From Bacteroidota bacterium (GTDB taxonomy: Bacteria > Bacteroidota > Bacteroidia > 2-12-FULL-35-15), in assembly GCA_947479085.1 (NCBI GenBank), contig CANJYB010000005.1:131135-195134 (forward strand): a stretch of DNA of 64,000 nucleotides, in the 5' to 3' direction. Positions 61,493 to 64,000 of this stretch are shown one piece after another (within the stretch, counting starts at the first letter, position 1; the number at the start of each line of letters is the position of its first letter). The notes beneath the pieces were generated by a model. It ran no database searches, had not been told where the DNA came from, and was given only the letters and a program-made list of their open reading frames with translations. The position numbers and the translations under genes are program-made.

Positions 61493-61954
61493 ATGAAAAA
61501 AATATTTTTAACTTTCTTCTTTGTTTTAATAATATCGGGATGTCTGTTTTCACAAACAGAATGCTACTTTGTAAAACATTTTCTTTCTTCAGAAAGAGAA
61601 GCAACAGAACCCCGTTATACCTTTTGTGGAAATTCTGGTGACTATATAACAACGGTAGATGAATTTAAAAAGTGTAAAAAGAAACTAACTCCAATTGAAA
61701 AATATATGATAATACCATCTTTCCATATAACAGTATTGCAATATACAGAAAATGGAAAAGATAGTATCATTACACACTTTGAGAACGATGGTAATGTTTT
61801 TAGAAGAAAAACAATTAAAGGAATTAACAAGTTAATAAGTGACAAAAGATTTATTAGCGAATTATTAATACATCGTGTACTTGTTTCAAATAAGGAATGT
61901 AATTGCATGTGGAAACCACAATTTATGATAATTAAACTAAAACAAACTACTTAA
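61493..61954 (+). CDS. Hypothetical exported protein (weak resemblance to the GldM C-terminal domain)
   Basis: MKKIFLTFFFVLIISGCLFSQ signal peptide; SFHITV...GNVF...I..L pattern. Confidence 0.65.
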   Translation: MKKIFLTFFFVLIISGCLFSQTECYFVKHFLSSEREATEPRYTFCGNSGDYITTVDEFKKCKKKLTPIEKYMIIPSFHITVLQYTENGKDSIITHFENDGNVFRRKTIKGINKLISDKRFISELLIHRVLVSNKECNCMWKPQFMIIKLKQTT

Positions 61955-62093
61955 AGCACACGACCTGTATGGAGAAGAAAGAAAAGCCTTAATTCTTTTA
62001 TATATCCACACTCTATTACTTCCTCTCTAATCTAAATTTCTTTTCCAAGATTTGCTTACATTTGAGCAAATAAAAAACTATCCAAATTAGTTT

Positions 62094-64000
62094 ATGATAA
62101 ATGGCAACAAAGGCAAAGTGAAAAAAACAAAAGCATTAGTAGTTCTGCTGTTGCTGTTTCCTGTATTGTTGTTTTGTCAGCCCCATAAACTGTCGCGTAT
62201 AGATTCCCTGCTTGAAAAACTACCCCTTGCCAAAGAAGATACCGGCAAAGTGAATGTATTGCACCAGCTATCGGATACTTACGAAGGCATTGGGGAATAT
62301 ACCAAAGCGCTGCACTATGGAAATGATGGGATTGAGCTTTCGCAAAAATTAAATTATAAAGCAGGAGCAGCCCGCTGTTACACCACCCTTGGAAACATAG
62401 CAGATGATCAATCGGAGTATGCTAAGGCATTAGATAATTATTTCCTGAGTTTAAAAATATACGAAGAGCTGGAAAGCAAAACCGGCCTGGCGCAGGATTA
62501 TAACAACATAGGGCTGGTGTACATGCACCAAAGCGACTTTCCCCGCGCGCTGGATTATTTTTTAAAAAGCCTAAAAGAAAATGAATTTCTTAACTTTAAA
62601 GGCGGGATGGCTAATAATTACAATAATATTGGGATTATATACATGAACCAATCGAACAATAAAAAAGCATTGGAATATTATTTTAAAAGCATCAAGGTGG
62701 ATGAGGAGCTGGGCGACAGGGAAGGAATGGCAGGGACTTATGATAACATAGGGTTGAGCTACATGAACATGGAGAACTTTGCAAAAGCAGTGGAATACTA
62801 CAATAAAAGTTTACAGCTCAATAAGGAATTTGGCGATAAGCAGGCCATAGCCGTAAGTTATGGAAATATAGGAGTGCTGTTTACTAACGTTTATGAAACA
62901 GATAAAGCCGGTGCGGGACTTACCTTAAATAACAATCAACACATCTCTCCGGCTCAGTTATTAGATTCGTCAATGGTGCTGGAAGCTAAGGCGCTTGATT
63001 ATTTCAGAGAAACCGGGAATAAATATGGTGCCGTTTATAGCTTAAGCGGGATTGGTAAGGTATTGTTTTTTCAGAAAAAATACAAGGAAGCAATATCTTA
63101 TTTTCAATCGGCCTATCAACTGGCAGACAGTGTGGGTGCATTGAAAGAAAAAATGGAGGCGGCAAAAAACATTTCGAATGCTTATAAAAAACTAAACGAT
63201 TGGGAAAAATCGCTGGATTGGTACGGTAAATATGTGGTTTGGAAAGACTCTGTTTTTAACCTTGATAAAAACAATGCCATTACCCGCAATGAATTGAAGT
63301 TTGAATACGAAAAAAAATTCCTTTCGGATAGTGTGAAAGCCGAGGAAGACAAAAAAGTAATTTCGGCCGAACTGAAACAGGAACAAACAAGGCGTTATGC
63401 CCTTTATGGTGGTTTGGCTTTGGTACTGGTGTTTGCAGGGTTTATGTATAACCGATTTAAAGTAACCACCCAACAAAAAAACATTATTGAGTTAAAAGAA
63501 AAGGAAACGCAGAAGCAAAAAACAGTGGTGGAAGAGAAGAACAAGGCCATTACCATGAGTATTCAGTATGCATTGAGAATTCAAACCGCCATACTTCCGC
63601 CCATGAAAACGGTTAAACAACACCTCGCCAATTCTTTTATTCTTTACAAACCAAAGGATATAGTGGCCGGAGATTTTTATTGGTTAGAGAACACAGGGAC
63701 GGGAGGCGAGGGAAAAGGGACGATAGGAATCACTCCCTCGTCCCAAGACACTCGTCCTTCGCCCCTCCTTTTATTCGCTGCCTGCGACTGCACCGGCCAT
63801 GGTGTGCCGGGAGCAATGGTTTCGGTGGTTTGTAACAATGCATTGAACAGGGCGGTACGCGAGTTCGGATTAACAGCACCAGCGGATATACTTGATAAAA
63901 CAGCAGAAATAGTGATTGAAAACTTTGCAAAAAGCGAAGATGAAATACACGATGGGATGGATATTTCCCTTTGTGCCTTTAATCCTGCAACCTATGAATT
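62094..64000 (+). CDS. TPR-repeat sensor with a SpoIIE/PP2C phosphatase domain, 3' partial (absent from the ORF track)
   Basis: Signal peptide, IDSLL..DTGKV, TPRs (YNNIGLVY), TM helix, coiled coil, YALRIQTAILP, KPKDIVAGDFYW, DCTGHGVPGA and DGMDIS; the frame runs off the window. Confidence 0.92.
   Translation, partial: MINGNKGKVKKTKALVVLLLLFPVLLFCQPHKLSRIDSLLEKLPLAKEDTGKVNVLHQLSDTYEGIGEYTKALHYGNDGIELSQKLNYKAGAARCYTTLGNIADDQSEYAKALDNYFLSLKIYEELESKTGLAQDYNNIGLVYMHQSDFPRALDYFLKSLKENEFLNFKGGMANNYNNIGIIYMNQSNNKKALEYYFKSIKVDEELGDREGMAGTYDNIGLSYMNMENFAKAVEYYNKSLQLNKEFGDKQAIAVSYGNIGVLFTNVYETDKAGAGLTLNNNQHISPAQLLDSSMVLEAKALDYFRETGNKYGAVYSLSGIGKVLFFQKKYKEAISYFQSAYQLADSVGALKEKMEAAKNISNAYKKLNDWEKSLDWYGKYVVWKDSVFNLDKNNAITRNELKFEYEKKFLSDSVKAEEDKKVISAELKQEQTRRYALYGGLALVLVFAGFMYNRFKVTTQQKNIIELKEKETQKQKTVVEEKNKAITMSIQYALRIQTAILPPMKTVKQHLANSFILYKPKDIVAGDFYWLENTGTGGEGKGTIGITPSSQDTRPSPLLLFAACDCTGHGVPGAMVSVVCNNALNRAVREFGLTAPADILDKTAEIVIENFAKSEDEIHDGMDISLCAFNPATYE
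63695..63767. repeat. Heptamer-built imperfect hairpin inserted in frame in the PP2C domain
   Basis: AGGGACG-GGAGGCG-AGGGAAA-AGGGACG ... CTCGTCC-CAAGACA-CTCGTCC-TTCGCCC. Confidence 0.75.

Overview
Chromosomal window from a Bacteroidota bacterium. Evidence: TAnnTTTG/TTTG promoters, T9SS C-terminal domains, PorP/SprF, fused SecDF, fused CcoNO, homodimeric GlyRS and a bS22-like peptide. It opens inside a giant T9SS type-B surface protein built of 83-aa repeats. Housekeeping and metabolic genes follow: gyrB, hppD/hmgA (split by a DUF4160/DUF2442 pair), tatD, ansA, an ECF sigma/anti-sigma/porP unit, secDF, tatA, nrdAB, glyQS, a complete cbb3 oxidase cluster with queD and hemN, asmA, a histidine kinase, hemW, HU and rne/rng. 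It ends inside a TPR-PP2C gene. I saw no rRNA, tRNA, CRISPR or prophage. The unexplained structure is mostly non-coding or accessory. (i) Three 42-bp arrays (7.9, 22.3, 45.5 kb) share a two-hairpin geometry but little sequence, and there are two 21-bp arrays (32.2, 60.3 kb). (ii) At 58.9-61.45 kb a module joins a signal-less helical/beta-sandwich protein, an XRE regulator with a perfect 18-bp palindrome, a 21-bp array, and a decayed RAYT-type HUH transposase whose flanking REP hairpins recur with compensatory changes at 45.2 kb. (iii) Heptamer-built hairpins occur, one inserted in frame in a phosphatase domain. (iv) Three genes carry apparent inactivating lesions. All family assignments come from motif recognition by eye, not from database searches.
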